This document shows, one piece after another, positions 25,858 through 36,100 of a stretch of 64,000 nt of DNA. Numbering within the stretch: position 1 is the first letter of the stretch; every line of letters begins with the position of its first letter. The stretch is from a virus (taxonomy: Duplodnaviria > Caudoviricetes): positions 1,191-65,190 of the IMG/VR virus record IMGVR_UViG_3300033068_000352, one strand, 5' to 3'. The notes under the pieces were generated by a model that worked only from the letters and a program-made list of their open reading frames with translations, was not told the DNA's origin and did no database searches. The position numbers and the translations under genes are program-made.

Positions 25858-27021
25858 ATGACTGATGTAATTGAGTACAAGGACAAGTTCACGCTTGATG
25901 GTCGGCTTAAGCCCGGTCCCAGCGTGTCCAAGGCCAAGGTCGCTAAGGTGCGTGAGCTTTATACCAAGGGTATTATGGGCGACCGTATTGCCGAGGCTAC
26001 CTTCATGGAGACGATCACCACGAGTGACGCGATCTTCAACGCTGCTTACTTCACGAACTTGCAGGTTCTCCCGCAGTTCGATGCGGCTCCCCGTAACTGG
26101 TCCGTTGTTGCTGGCGTTCGCGAGCTTCCCGACTTCAAGCCTGCTGTCCTCCGTGGCATCTTTGGCGAGTGGGAGAACTTGCAGCGCGAGGGCACGGTAA
26201 CCGGTGTCGGCTACAACAACCCTGAAGGCGTTCTGCCTGTCGTCGCTGAGGGTGCTCCGTACCCGTACGCGGTGCTGGGCGAGTCTGAGGCGGCTTACGG
26301 CCAGCTTCTGAAGCGCGGTTTCAAGGTCGGCTGGACTTGGGAGGCGCGTATCAATGATCGCGGCACCGAGTTCTTCTCACAGGTTCCCGGCCAGATGCTG
26401 GATGCGGCTCTGGAGACTGAGGATTGGTCCGTCTGGACTGCCCTCATTCAGGGTACTCAGGCTTCCAGCCAGCTTGCCGGTGGTACGACCTACACGGGTG
26501 CTGTTGTTCTGCCCAACGCGACTATCTCGCGGGACGCGCTTGTTGAGGCGATCTACGAGCTTAGCCAGCGCGAGGTTAACGGTCGCAAGGTTCAGGTCAC
26601 TGGTGGGTACAATCTCATCGTTCCGACCGGAACTGGTGACGCGGTTCGCTTCCTGTTGAACCAGCAGTTGTTCGAGGTTACCGATGGTAGCTTCCAGCTT
26701 ACTGCCAGCTTCTTGCAGGACGGCGTTGCGGCTACGACCGTGGTTGAGTCCGAGTATGTGACGGGTACCAACTGGTACTTGCTGCCCAAGCCGGGTGCGG
26801 TTCGCCGTCCAGTGCTGGAGCTTGGTCGCCTGCGTGGAAACACCTCGCCTGAGCTTCGCGTCAACAACGTTACCGGCAACTACGCTGGTGGCGGTGCGGT
26901 TTCGCCGTTCGAGGGTTCGTTCGATAACGATACGATTGATCTTCGGATCAGATACCCTCTTGCTGGAATCCTCTGGGATGACACCTATGTAGTTTGGTCT
27001 CAGGGCGATAATATCGCATAG
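25858..27021 (+). CDS. Major capsid protein (HK97 fold)
   Basis: Position, size, strongly biased codons, PELR...FDNDTIDLRIR. Confidence 0.92.
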   Translation: MTDVIEYKDKFTLDGRLKPGPSVSKAKVAKVRELYTKGIMGDRIAEATFMETITTSDAIFNAAYFTNLQVLPQFDAAPRNWSVVAGVRELPDFKPAVLRGIFGEWENLQREGTVTGVGYNNPEGVLPVVAEGAPYPYAVLGESEAAYGQLLKRGFKVGWTWEARINDRGTEFFSQVPGQMLDAALETEDWSVWTALIQGTQASSQLAGGTTYTGAVVLPNATISRDALVEAIYELSQREVNGRKVQVTGGYNLIVPTGTGDAVRFLLNQQLFEVTDGSFQLTASFLQDGVAATTVVESEYVTGTNWYLLPKPGAVRRPVLELGRLRGNTSPELRVNNVTGNYAGGGAVSPFEGSFDNDTIDLRIRYPLAGILWDDTYVVWSQGDNIA

Positions 27022-27034
27022 GTTTTCGTCTAGT

Positions 27035-27081
27035 ACGACAACGTAAGACATGCCCCATCGGAAGCGGTGGGGTTTTGTCGT
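27035..27081 (+). terminator. Terminator after the capsid gene
   Basis: GCCCCATC/GGTGGGGT hairpin with a T run, flanked by ACGACAA/TTGTCGT. Confidence 0.75.
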
Positions 27082-27103
27082 TTCCATGTGCTAATGTGGA
27101 AAC

Positions 27104-27718
27104 ATGAATAAACAAACATGCAAGTTTTCAGAGTGTGACAATAAGGTACGCATAGGTGGTTATTGTACGAGGCATTACAAGGAAGAAGCTGACGCTGGCA
27201 CTGTTAACGCAAAAAGGTGCAAATGTGGACGCTGGGCTATCGTTGGTCCCAACTGTGAAGCGTGCTATAACAGACTAAGACGCAAGGGCGATTTTGGATA
27301 TGAAATTTGCGTTGGCCCGGAGTGCGAAAAACCCGGTACACTAGCTCTAGGGCTTTGCAGCGCTCACTATAAGCAGAAACTTAAGGGCTGGGAGTTGAGG
27401 CCTTTGCGATTCCAGAGAGACGCATCGGAGTGGTCAGAGTGGACACTTACTAATCAGGGGTATTTGATTAGGGAGCGTCGTCAGGGGGCAAAGGTTCTTC
27501 GGCAGTTGCAACATAGATTCATCATGGAGGAAAAACTTGGTCGCCCCTTGTCCGACAAGGAAACGGTTCATCACCGAAACGGTATTCGTGATGACAATAG
27601 GGTTGAAAACTTAGAGCTATGGTCCGGAAGGCATCCCAAAGGTGCAAGAGTGGAGGATCAATTAGATTGGGCTATTGAAATTCTTTCACTTTACCGCCCT
27701 GAACTTCTGGTAAACTAG
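27104..27718 (+). CDS. Free-standing HNH homing endonuclease
   Basis: HRFIME...ETVHHRNGIRDDNRVENLELW; Cys-rich N-terminus; own leaderless promoter. Confidence 0.92.
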   Translation: MNKQTCKFSECDNKVRIGGYCTRHYKEEADAGTVNAKRCKCGRWAIVGPNCEACYNRLRRKGDFGYEICVGPECEKPGTLALGLCSAHYKQKLKGWELRPLRFQRDASEWSEWTLTNQGYLIRERRQGAKVLRQLQHRFIMEEKLGRPLSDKETVHHRNGIRDDNRVENLELWSGRHPKGARVEDQLDWAIEILSLYRPELLVN

Positions 27719-27758
27719 AAGAGTTATATAACACTAAACTAACGTTAGGACAAAAACT

Positions 27759-28010
27759 ATGGCCATTAAGGCTAAGCCGGTAACGATTACGCAGGCCGGA
27801 ACTAATCCACAGCCCAGTTATGATCCCGAGCCTCTTGTCGTCATCGGCACCTTCCCCGGTGCTGCGGTTGCCCCCGCTACTACGGCAAACTTCGGTACAG
27901 TGAAGAAGGTTGCAACTCAGGCCGACTTCGCTGGCGCTGATATCACCGCCCTGAAGGTAGAGCTTAACGCTTGGCTTGCCAAGATGAAGACTGCTAATAT
28001 TCAGGCTTAA
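27759..28010 (+). CDS. Small virion protein (head-fibre-like)
   Basis: ATTANFGTVKKVATQAD...LNAWLAKMK motif; position. Confidence 0.6.
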   Translation: MAIKAKPVTITQAGTNPQPSYDPEPLVVIGTFPGAAVAPATTANFGTVKKVATQADFAGADITALKVELNAWLAKMKTANIQA

Positions 28011-28158
28011 AGATACTAAATAGTATGGCCCTTGGTTCTCGGATCAGGGGCAATACTTGTGTGATAAGATTGAAATTACAAGGGACCTCCTCTCCCCTCA
28101 GGACTTGGCTGTTGAGGAATACTCCAGCCAAGTCCGCCTCCTAGTGTAAACTGGACTT

Positions 28159-28605
28159 ATGGCTGAAAATAAGGGCGTATACCCACTTGACCCGTTGACA
28201 CTTGTTGGTCAATTTCGACTCGCATCTGGCGACGTTATCAGCGTGCCCTTTGACCCGGTGCAGGCCGGTTTCCAGAACTACACTTACTGGTCGGACGATG
28301 AGATTGCCCAGTTCATTGTCCTTGGCGGCACTAGCCAGAATCGTGCTATCGGTTATGCGTGGCTTCAGGCTTCTGCTGGGGCTGCACTGGCGTCAAAGAC
28401 CGTCAAGGATTACGACCTTCAGGTTGACCTCACTAAGCGCTCAGAGGATTTGCGCAAGACCGCACAGTTCTATTTTGATCTGGCTGAGGGTGAGGATGTG
28501 ATTGCTGGCCTCGATGATGCTTTCGAAATCGTCAACACTGGAACTGACCGTGAACTCTGGACCGGAGTTGAAGGATTCCCATACTGGCCCGGATTGCGCG
28601 GATGA
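28159..28605 (+). CDS. Head-to-tail adaptor
   Basis: GQFRLASGD...WSDDEIAQF motif; synteny. Confidence 0.75.
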   Translation: MAENKGVYPLDPLTLVGQFRLASGDVISVPFDPVQAGFQNYTYWSDDEIAQFIVLGGTSQNRAIGYAWLQASAGAALASKTVKDYDLQVDLTKRSEDLRKTAQFYFDLAEGEDVIAGLDDAFEIVNTGTDRELWTGVEGFPYWPGLRG

Positions 28606-29048
28606 TAGACTTCGACACTGGGTGGGCGCAGGAAGTAGCTGACGTTTCCGGTCTTCCGGAGTACCAGAACGCACAGATTCAGATTCTGGATCAGACTCTG
28701 GTGGTTCGCACCGGCAACCCTCTAGACGGTTACAGCTACGACACTTCAGCCGCCCTTAAGTGGGAGGGGCAGGCTCGTGTGGCCTCTACTCGTTCTGAGG
28801 TGGGTGCCGGTGGCACTACTTCTACTAACCCTACCGGCGTCAAGGCGCTTCGAGTGCAAATTCCCTACGACAAGGATTTTATGCGCGTCAAGCGTGGTTG
28901 GAGCATCCGGGTCACCGATGGTGGAAGGAACAGGCGTCTGGAGGACTACTTGTTTATGGTGGAGTCGGATGTTAACTCCTCACAGGTCGCAAGCCTTACC
29001 TTCGCGTGCTCTGTCGATGTTGAGTCCATCCCGAACTGGTCGAGCTAA
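28602..29048 (+). CDS. Head-to-tail stopper
   Basis: Synteny; WEGQARV motif. Confidence 0.65.
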   Translation: MIDFDTGWAQEVADVSGLPEYQNAQIQILDQTLVVRTGNPLDGYSYDTSAALKWEGQARVASTRSEVGAGGTTSTNPTGVKALRVQIPYDKDFMRVKRGWSIRVTDGGRNRRLEDYLFMVESDVNSSQVASLTFACSVDVESIPNWSS

Positions 29049-29461
29049 TGGCAGCAGGAGCAAAGTGGGTTATGGGTTCTCCCCAGCAGTTTATCAGTAC
29101 CCCCTCTCGACAAGTTGGAAAGCTACGAGTTCGCCTATTTAGGCGCATGGAAAATGTTATTGATCAGGCCGTTCAAGATGCGCGCAATTTCACCGCAACA
29201 CGCCCTTCGGCTAAATCCGGAAAGCGGGGACGTGTAGATACTGGCTTAATGATGGATTCTATTGTCGGCAAGGTGTGGCAGGATAACGAAGAAAACATCA
29301 TAGGGGAGCTTGGCTTCTTGGATGTTCAGGAGTTCTACTTCTTTCTTCAGACCGATGAGGGTTTCCAGCATTGGCGCAGTGGTGAGTTCATCGAGCCTAC
29401 GTTCGCCTTAAGGGATGCCGCAGTAATTGCGTTTGACAAACTATTAAGGAGTAGAGTGTAA
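29048..29461 (+). CDS. Neck/tail completion protein
   Basis: RVDTGLMMDSI motif; synteny. Confidence 0.65.
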   Translation: MAAGAKWVMGSPQQFISTPSRQVGKLRVRLFRRMENVIDQAVQDARNFTATRPSAKSGKRGRVDTGLMMDSIVGKVWQDNEENIIGELGFLDVQEFYFFLQTDEGFQHWRSGEFIEPTFALRDAAVIAFDKLLRSRV

Positions 29462-29925
29462 TGGCTGGTGGTATTGATCTTTTTGACATTCAAGAGTCAA
29501 TCAAGGAATACATAGCAGATTCCTTCCCGCTTATTAACGTAGACAGCGGGGCCGTACCCACTGCTGAGTCCCTTCCTTTCGTGGATGGAATTCTGGAGCC
29601 GTACATTATCGTCCGCTTTTCCGACATGATGCCACCGTCTGGTGGACAAACTTTTGGCGGTCCAGTTTATGATGAATACTACTCATATGTAGATGCACTT
29701 TGTGTTGGACCTACAGACACAGATGCCCGACAGCTTGCTAGTTTTGTAAATTCCTTCATGCTGGGCAAAGACTTTTATAATGCAGGAACGATTAAGAAAA
29801 ACTTCGGCGGTGGACAGTTTGCCATTGCCGCTGAAGCTGGGCGTCAGCCCATTGCTTTTATCGCTGTGGCTTCCTTTCGTTTCCCTGTGAACGTATCAGA
29901 CATTGGCGCAGGCTCTCGTCTATAG
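29461..29925 (+). CDS. Tail terminator
   Basis: Synteny; PYIIVRF motif. Confidence 0.65.
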   Translation: MAGGIDLFDIQESIKEYIADSFPLINVDSGAVPTAESLPFVDGILEPYIIVRFSDMMPPSGGQTFGGPVYDEYYSYVDALCVGPTDTDARQLASFVNSFMLGKDFYNAGTIKKNFGGGQFAIAAEAGRQPIAFIAVASFRFPVNVSDIGAGSRL

Positions 29926-29968
29926 TATATTTCTGAGATTTTGTCAATCATCTGATAGAATTATAGTT

Positions 29969-30217
29969 ATGAGTGATAACGAAGATTCTCCGTATGTTTC
30001 CCTGCGAAACACTATTTCCGGGATCGCGCAGGAGTATACGGCGGAGCAGGCCCAGCAGTGGCTGAACCACCCTATCTTCGGGGCGCACTTGGAGATTGTT
30101 CGGACCAATAAGCCAGAGGTTCTTTCTGAACCACACGACAAGGCTGCTGATGGCACTAAGATTCCCGTTGAGGAAAACGCCAAAGCACCTTCTAACGCTA
30201 AGGACGCCACCAAGTAA
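29969..30217 (+). CDS. Hypothetical protein preceding the tail tube genes
   Basis: Start MSDNE; TGATAGAAT-N7-ATG. Confidence 0.7.
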   Translation: MSDNEDSPYVSLRNTISGIAQEYTAEQAQQWLNHPIFGAHLEIVRTNKPEVLSEPHDKAADGTKIPVEENAKAPSNAKDATK

Positions 30218-30762
30218 TGGGAACTACTCGACTTCCACGCCCGAATCAGACGTGGGCACTAGCGCTTGATTCAGCATTTGCTAATCCAGCCGCTCCTACC
30301 ACCACTGAGCTTAATGATCGCCGCTTTGTCCACCTTATCTCTTGTGGTCTAACCGAGGATAACACATCATTGGAGTTGGGCGACTCCGAGACTGACGACA
30401 CGCTCACGTTCTGCTCCATCGGTTCTGAGACTACCCCAACTAGTTTCAACCCCACGGCTACTCTTACGTGGCTTAAGGATGCCAATACGGGTGGTTCTGG
30501 CTCGACCGTAGACCTTACGTCGCTATTCAATAAGATCGAGGCAATGCTTGGTTCTCCCGACATTCCCTACATCCTTATCAGTCGTACCGGACCTAACCCG
30601 TCACAGGATATCAACTTCGCTGTCGGCCATGTTATTAAGATGGCATCGTTCAATACTGACTACCCGCAGCTTGTGCTCGAAAATAATTCACCTATTCGTG
30701 GTTCCAACGAGCTTGTCTACAATGGCAAGATCGTTAACTGGAACTACACGATTGCTAGCTAA
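30217..30762 (+). CDS. Major tail protein paralogue 1
   Basis: FANPAAPTTTELN...ISC motif, shared with the next gene. Confidence 0.75.
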   Translation: MGTTRLPRPNQTWALALDSAFANPAAPTTTELNDRRFVHLISCGLTEDNTSLELGDSETDDTLTFCSIGSETTPTSFNPTATLTWLKDANTGGSGSTVDLTSLFNKIEAMLGSPDIPYILISRTGPNPSQDINFAVGHVIKMASFNTDYPQLVLENNSPIRGSNELVYNGKIVNWNYTIAS

Positions 30763-30772
30763 GGACTGACTC

Positions 30773-31597
30773 ATGGCAGATACTAAAATTTTCGCAGATG
30801 GCTATGGCCTCTCTGTATGGTTCGGTCTTCCTAACTATGCAGCCAATCCGGCCAAGCCCACTGTTGCCGAGCTTAATGCCACCGTCAACGTAACGGCAAG
30901 TGTTTCGTGGGACAACTTCTCTTTCGGTGCCAATGCTTCGACTCAGACTTCTGATCCCGCTTTTATCGATGTTGGGAATACGCAGACTCGCGGTTTGGCG
31001 CAGTTCGGCGGGACTATCTCGTTCCTCTACCCGGCTACTTATGTACCGGATGCTACCAATGCGAACTACAACACCTTTGCAGCACTTCGCACTCCCCGCA
31101 CGCTCGGTTATATTATTATTCGCGCCGATGGTAAGAAGACCACTTCCAGTGTTGGCGACGCTAACAAGGTTGCCGTTGCCAATGACTTCATCTCTATCTA
31201 CAAGGTTCTTTCGGACGGATGGGCCGATGTTAACACTGGTGATATTTCATTCAAGTACACCATCACCTTCCAGCCTCAGGGCTCTCTCTGGGTGAACGCC
31301 ATCGTGGCAACTTCTGTTACGGTAGTTACGCCGGTCGCCATCGGTACTCCGGCTTATACTGTTGGTGGCAAGACCCCGTTGGGTACGTATCTGACCGGTC
31401 GCCAGCTTGCGGCAGTATCCAACATTTGGAATGGTTATCCGGGACGCTTTACGTGGTCGTCTTCTGACGCTACGATTGCCAGCGTAGACAAGAATGGTGT
31501 TGTTACTGGAGTTTCTGTCGGCGGGCCGGTTGATATTATTGCAACTGATCCAGTCTCTGGTGTGGCTTCTACTGCACTGGCTGTAACTATCGCATAA
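30773..31597 (+). CDS. Major tail protein paralogue 2 with a C-terminal Ig-like domain
   Basis: AANPAKPTVAELN; C-terminal TWSSSDATIASVDKNGVVTGV. Confidence 0.82.
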   Translation: MADTKIFADGYGLSVWFGLPNYAANPAKPTVAELNATVNVTASVSWDNFSFGANASTQTSDPAFIDVGNTQTRGLAQFGGTISFLYPATYVPDATNANYNTFAALRTPRTLGYIIIRADGKKTTSSVGDANKVAVANDFISIYKVLSDGWADVNTGDISFKYTITFQPQGSLWVNAIVATSVTVVTPVAIGTPAYTVGGKTPLGTYLTGRQLAAVSNIWNGYPGRFTWSSSDATIASVDKNGVVTGVSVGGPVDIIATDPVSGVASTALAVTIA

Positions 31598-31617
31598 CTT
31601 CCGACAAGGAATAAAAC

Positions 31618-31649
31618 AAAGGACCCGTCCCGGCTGGGGTGGGTCCTTT
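31618..31649 (+). terminator. Terminator after the tail tube genes
   Basis: AAAGGACCC/GGGTCCTTT inverted repeat. Confidence 0.75.
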
Positions 31650-31706
31650 GCATTGTGCTAGACTAGACTTAGTGAGATTGGCTCACTGAAAATCCTGCCA
31701 AGGGGT

Positions 31707-31973
31707 ATGATGAATGCTTTAGATATGTTGATCGGCTCGCGGGTCAAATGGACTCACGACAAGATCAAGACAATTGCACAAATCCAGCCACGCCATATTG
31801 GCAGGATCGCGCAATTTGAGTACTTTGCGGATGAGGATGACAGCAATTATGATTCTATTATCGTCATGGGTGTTTTAGACTCTATTGTTGGAAGTGCTGT
31901 AGTTGTGGCAGATGCGGACTACTATTGGGGTAGGATCGCCAACTTTATTATTTGGAGAAGTGAATTAGCGTGA
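31707..31973 (+). CDS. Hypothetical protein
   Basis: ORF track. Confidence 0.6.
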   Translation: MMNALDMLIGSRVKWTHDKIKTIAQIQPRHIGRIAQFEYFADEDDSNYDSIIVMGVLDSIVGSAVVVADADYYWGRIANFIIWRSELA

Positions 31974-32524
31974 ACGAAGATATGCTTGCTGAGGGTACAT
32001 GGGATTTGGGCGAAGTACTGGCAGAGCGCGCTCAGCCGGTAGACACGGTTACTATCTATCTTGATGAATTGGCATCTTTTACTAAGGCAGGGCTAATGAA
32101 GGCCAAGCCTAAGGGAGAGAAGGATATCTTGGCATGGCAGATCGCTATGGACGAGGTTGATGCTATTCTTGAGGAGAAGAAGTATGTCATTCACCTAACC
32201 GCCATTCCTTCCCGTATGCGCGAGGATATTCATACTAAGGCAATGGTAGAAAAGCCTATCAGACCTACTGGTCTTTTCGGTCAGGACGAGCCTGAGAATG
32301 CTGTTGCACGCCAGAAGATCGAGAACAACCTTATCTGGCATGCACAGATCACCAACGTGGTCAACCCTAGGGGGCTGTCCCGCAAGAATTGGACACTGGA
32401 AGAGATTGCAGCGTTCTCGGATTCCCTTCCTACTGCTGTTCAGACCGCAGTGGATGAGGCGATTAAGGGCCTCACTGTCGCTGCCGAAGAGTTCACCGTC
32501 AAGTCGAAGAACGCGGATTTTTAA
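31970..32524 (+). CDS. Tail assembly chaperone
   Basis: Upstream of the tape measure; ends at G GAT TTT TAA. Confidence 0.8.
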   Translation: MNEDMLAEGTWDLGEVLAERAQPVDTVTIYLDELASFTKAGLMKAKPKGEKDILAWQIAMDEVDAILEEKKYVIHLTAIPSRMREDIHTKAMVEKPIRPTGLFGQDEPENAVARQKIENNLIWHAQITNVVNPRGLSRKNWTLEEIAAFSDSLPTAVQTAVDEAIKGLTVAAEEFTVKSKNADF

Positions 32525-33039
32525 TTGACCTTTTGACAACATGGGATTACCAGAAGGTCTATATGTCGTCCCTGAGGGCTGCTGATAATTACAAGCAGCG
32601 GCCCACTTCCATGATCCTGCATGACCCCTACGCTCTGCACCGCAAATGGTGGGACGAGGATTGGGTTCCTGTTCCGGGTGTTGATGATGCGTGGACTGAT
32701 TGGGATTATCTGCTTGCAGAAGTCTATCAACTTATTGGAGACTATACTGATGATAAAACTGGACAGTGGATGCCATTTGATCAGTCGGGTGACGTTTATT
32801 GGGACGTTAAAAGTATCTTCTCGGGCTCAGCCGCAGCAATAGAAAAATACGAGAAGAATCGTACAGAGCTTGAGCCGGGAGAGTCGCTTTATACCGTACC
32901 TATTTTCAAGGGCGAGAAGCCTACATTGCGCACATGGATGGAAGATGTTGCCAATGAGCGTGCCGATCTTCGCCCCGTAGAGGCAATCAATGCCCGTCCG
33001 CCTACCCCTGCTGAGCTTGCCGCCATGAACGGTAAATGA
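32518..33039 (+). CDS. Tail assembly chaperone, -1 frameshift extension
   Basis: The -1 frame is open across GGATTTTT (F-L-I-D-L-L-T-T-W...). Confidence 0.75.
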   Translation, partial: FLIDLLTTWDYQKVYMSSLRAADNYKQRPTSMILHDPYALHRKWWDEDWVPVPGVDDAWTDWDYLLAEVYQLIGDYTDDKTGQWMPFDQSGDVYWDVKSIFSGSAAAIEKYEKNRTELEPGESLYTVPIFKGEKPTLRTWMEDVANERADLRPVEAINARPPTPAELAAMNGK

Positions 33040-33108
33040 GAATTATTCTGGTAAACTTGGTATAGGTGCGTATCATAATGGATGATGCGCCAACAAGCAA
33101 GGGCTAGA

Positions 33109-36100
33109 ATGGCAGACGACGAGAAGTTCAGGGTAAGTCTTACCTTTGATACTAACGACGCTGAGGGCAATGTTATACGCCTCCAGAACCTTCTCGCCAA
33201 GCTGGTGCTGGCGACTCAAGGCGAAGATGCCGCCCTCAAAAATCTCCAGAACTCTCTTAACAGGTATGTCCAGACCGCCACTGGGGCCGCTGCCGCAACG
33301 GACAAGAACGCCAAGGCCGCTGATCGTCTAGCACAGTCTGATAATCTTGTTGCCCGCGCCGCCGCTGGACAGGCTTCTGCTGTAGAGCAGCTTGGCCGAG
33401 CACAGGGTCAGGCTATCGAAATGAACAAGCGTTTCGATGAGCAGAATCGCAAGAATGCCAACAGTACTCGCAATGTTGGCTATGAGCTTCTTGTCGTCGG
33501 CGGAATCATTACCACGGTTGGACAAAAACTTCTCGGGTTTGCCAAATTGGCGCTGGGTGCCGGTATCGAGTATGAAAGGGCCTTCGCCAATGTAGTCCGT
33601 ACCGCCAGTGATGGCAGTATTTCCATTGATAGACTGCGGTCAAGCCTCATCGAGCTTACTACGCAGATTCCGGAGTCCTTTGCTAATATTACTGAGATTG
33701 CCTCACTTGGTGGTCAGTTGGGCATCGCCGGAACTGGCATTAAAGACTTCACCTCCGTTGTCGCACGTCTTACGGCTACTACCGACCTCACTGCTGAGGC
33801 TGCTGGCACCGCACTGGGGCGTTTTCAGGCCCTCCTCGGCCTGCCGTCAGACAAGTTCGAGAACCTTGCATCCGCTATTCTTAAGGTCGGTGTCAACTCT
33901 GTTGCTACAGAGTCTCAGATCGTTGCCATCTCCACTCAGATTTCCTCGATGGCGGACTTCGCTGGCTTTACTGCCGATCAGGTAGTAGGACTTGCTGGCG
34001 CGCTTGCCTCCGTGGGGGCTGCTCCAGAGCTTTCTCGTGGTACTATTACTCGCACATTCGCTCTTATTTCTAAGGCTATTGCTAGTGGCTCCGAGAAGCT
34101 AGATGAGTTTGCTCGCATCTCGGGTGTTAGTAGCGAGGATTTTGCAGCGGCATTCGGTACTGCAAGGTTTGCTGGAGTGTTCCAGAGCTTCTTGGCTAAT
34201 CTTGGCAAGATGCAGGACGAGGGCAAGAACACCGTTATCACCCTGAATAGTCTTGGAATTACTTCTGTACGTGATGTGCCACTACTCCTGCGATTGGCTG
34301 GCGCTACTGATACAGTGACAAAGACTTTTGCGGATGCTGCAAGCGGCTTCCGTGACGCTACAGAGCTAAATAAGCAGTACGGAATCATTGCTTCCACTAC
34401 GGCATCACGTATTCAGCTTCTTGTGAATAACGTGCAGAACTTCCTTGCAACTATTGGTGGTTCAGCAACTGGTCCTCTCTCCGACTTCGTGGATATCCTT
34501 TCTGAGGCTGTAAAGGCGTTGACGGCGTTTTTGAGTACTGATGCTGGGCAGCATGTGGCCTTTATCGGGTTGGCGGTTAGCGCCCTTGTGGGAGTGCTAT
34601 TTACGCTGGTTGGCGCTGTAACCTTTGCTGCTGGAACCTTCTTGCTGTTGAGGAACGCTGCTGACGCATTGGGCTTCTCATCTACGGCGCTGGGTGCTAA
34701 AATGAATTTGTCTACTTTGAGCCTGACTACTATGAGCACTGCTGCGCGGGGGGCACTTGCAGCTTTGAACCCACTTCTTATCGCGGTCACCGCTATCAGC
34801 CTCGTACTGGGCCACACTGATGATATTCAGAGTTTTGCTCAGGGTCTTTACGGAATTGATTCTAGCGCTAGTGCTGCTGATAAGCGCTTGAACAGCTTGC
34901 AGAGTACTGTCAAGGCTTTTGATGTGAATAAGCTGGTAAAGGATGCAGCCCTCCCGTTCTTGAATCCAATAGGATTTACTACTGATCAGAAGAGCCTTGC
35001 TGACCTCAAGAATATTGGCAAAGAGATGGCTAACATTGTTTCTTTGAACCGATCTGTAGGTGCTGCTGCTGGATTCGGTGATTTTGCCAAGGTCGATGAA
35101 TCTATTGCCGCCTTGGTCAAGTCCGGCAACATCGTAGAAGCTCGTAAGCGGTTCGATGAATTGAAGGCTACTGCGGATAAGCTTGGCGTGAACAAAGACA
35201 TTTTCAACGCTGCTTTCCCTGATGCAATAAATAGTTTTAAGGGGCTTTCGGCGGAGACTGAGGCAGCCGCCCAGAAGCAGTATGATTTTGCAGAGAGCGA
35301 GGATGCTGCTGCTGCTGCAACGGAGGCGCTGGCAACTAAACTTCTTGTCACCCCTGAAGCCCTGAAATCTTTGGGAGATGCTCTCGTAAAGGGCTCTTCA
35401 TCCTTCTTCAGCTTTGGTGATATTATAAATGACCTTGCTTCTAGACAGGAAGAATTGGCGCGACAGACTGCTGTTGATTCTGGAGACTCAGCAGATAACT
35501 GGAAGGAATATTCTGATAGTTCTATTACCAGTCTAGATAACTTCGCTGCCGGTCTTCAGGGGCAGGTCGATGCGCAAAAAGCATGGGCAGACAATCTAAG
35601 AATTTTGGCAGCGCGTGGTGCAACTGGTTTTGTGACCGAGCTTGCCAAGCTTGGTCCCGCTGGTGCTGGGGTGGCAGCACAGGCAGTAGACGCTACGACA
35701 GAACAGTTGAACCAGTTGGAAATTAATTCGCAGTTGGCTGGCTTCCTGTCTTCTCAGGCATTTGCTGATGCGTTCACCGCTGGTACGCCTGACCTTATTG
35801 CTGCATACAAACTTGGTGGCGTTGAAGCTGTTAGGGGACTCATTGCAGAGCAGGTCAATGGCGCACCGGGCGCTGTAAGCCAGATGGTGTCTGCTTATAA
35901 TAAGCAACTTGCACAGAACAAGCTCAAGATTTATGCCAATACCCAGCCAGCTACCGATGCCGTCAACGCCTTTCTTAATAATGTTGCAAACTCTGGTGCA
36001 AGTCCGTTTATCGGCGCGGGAGCGGGCGCTGGCTCGGGTGGAAATGTTATGCGTTACGCCGCTGCGGGTGGTCTTATGCGTGGCCCCGGAACGGGCACCT

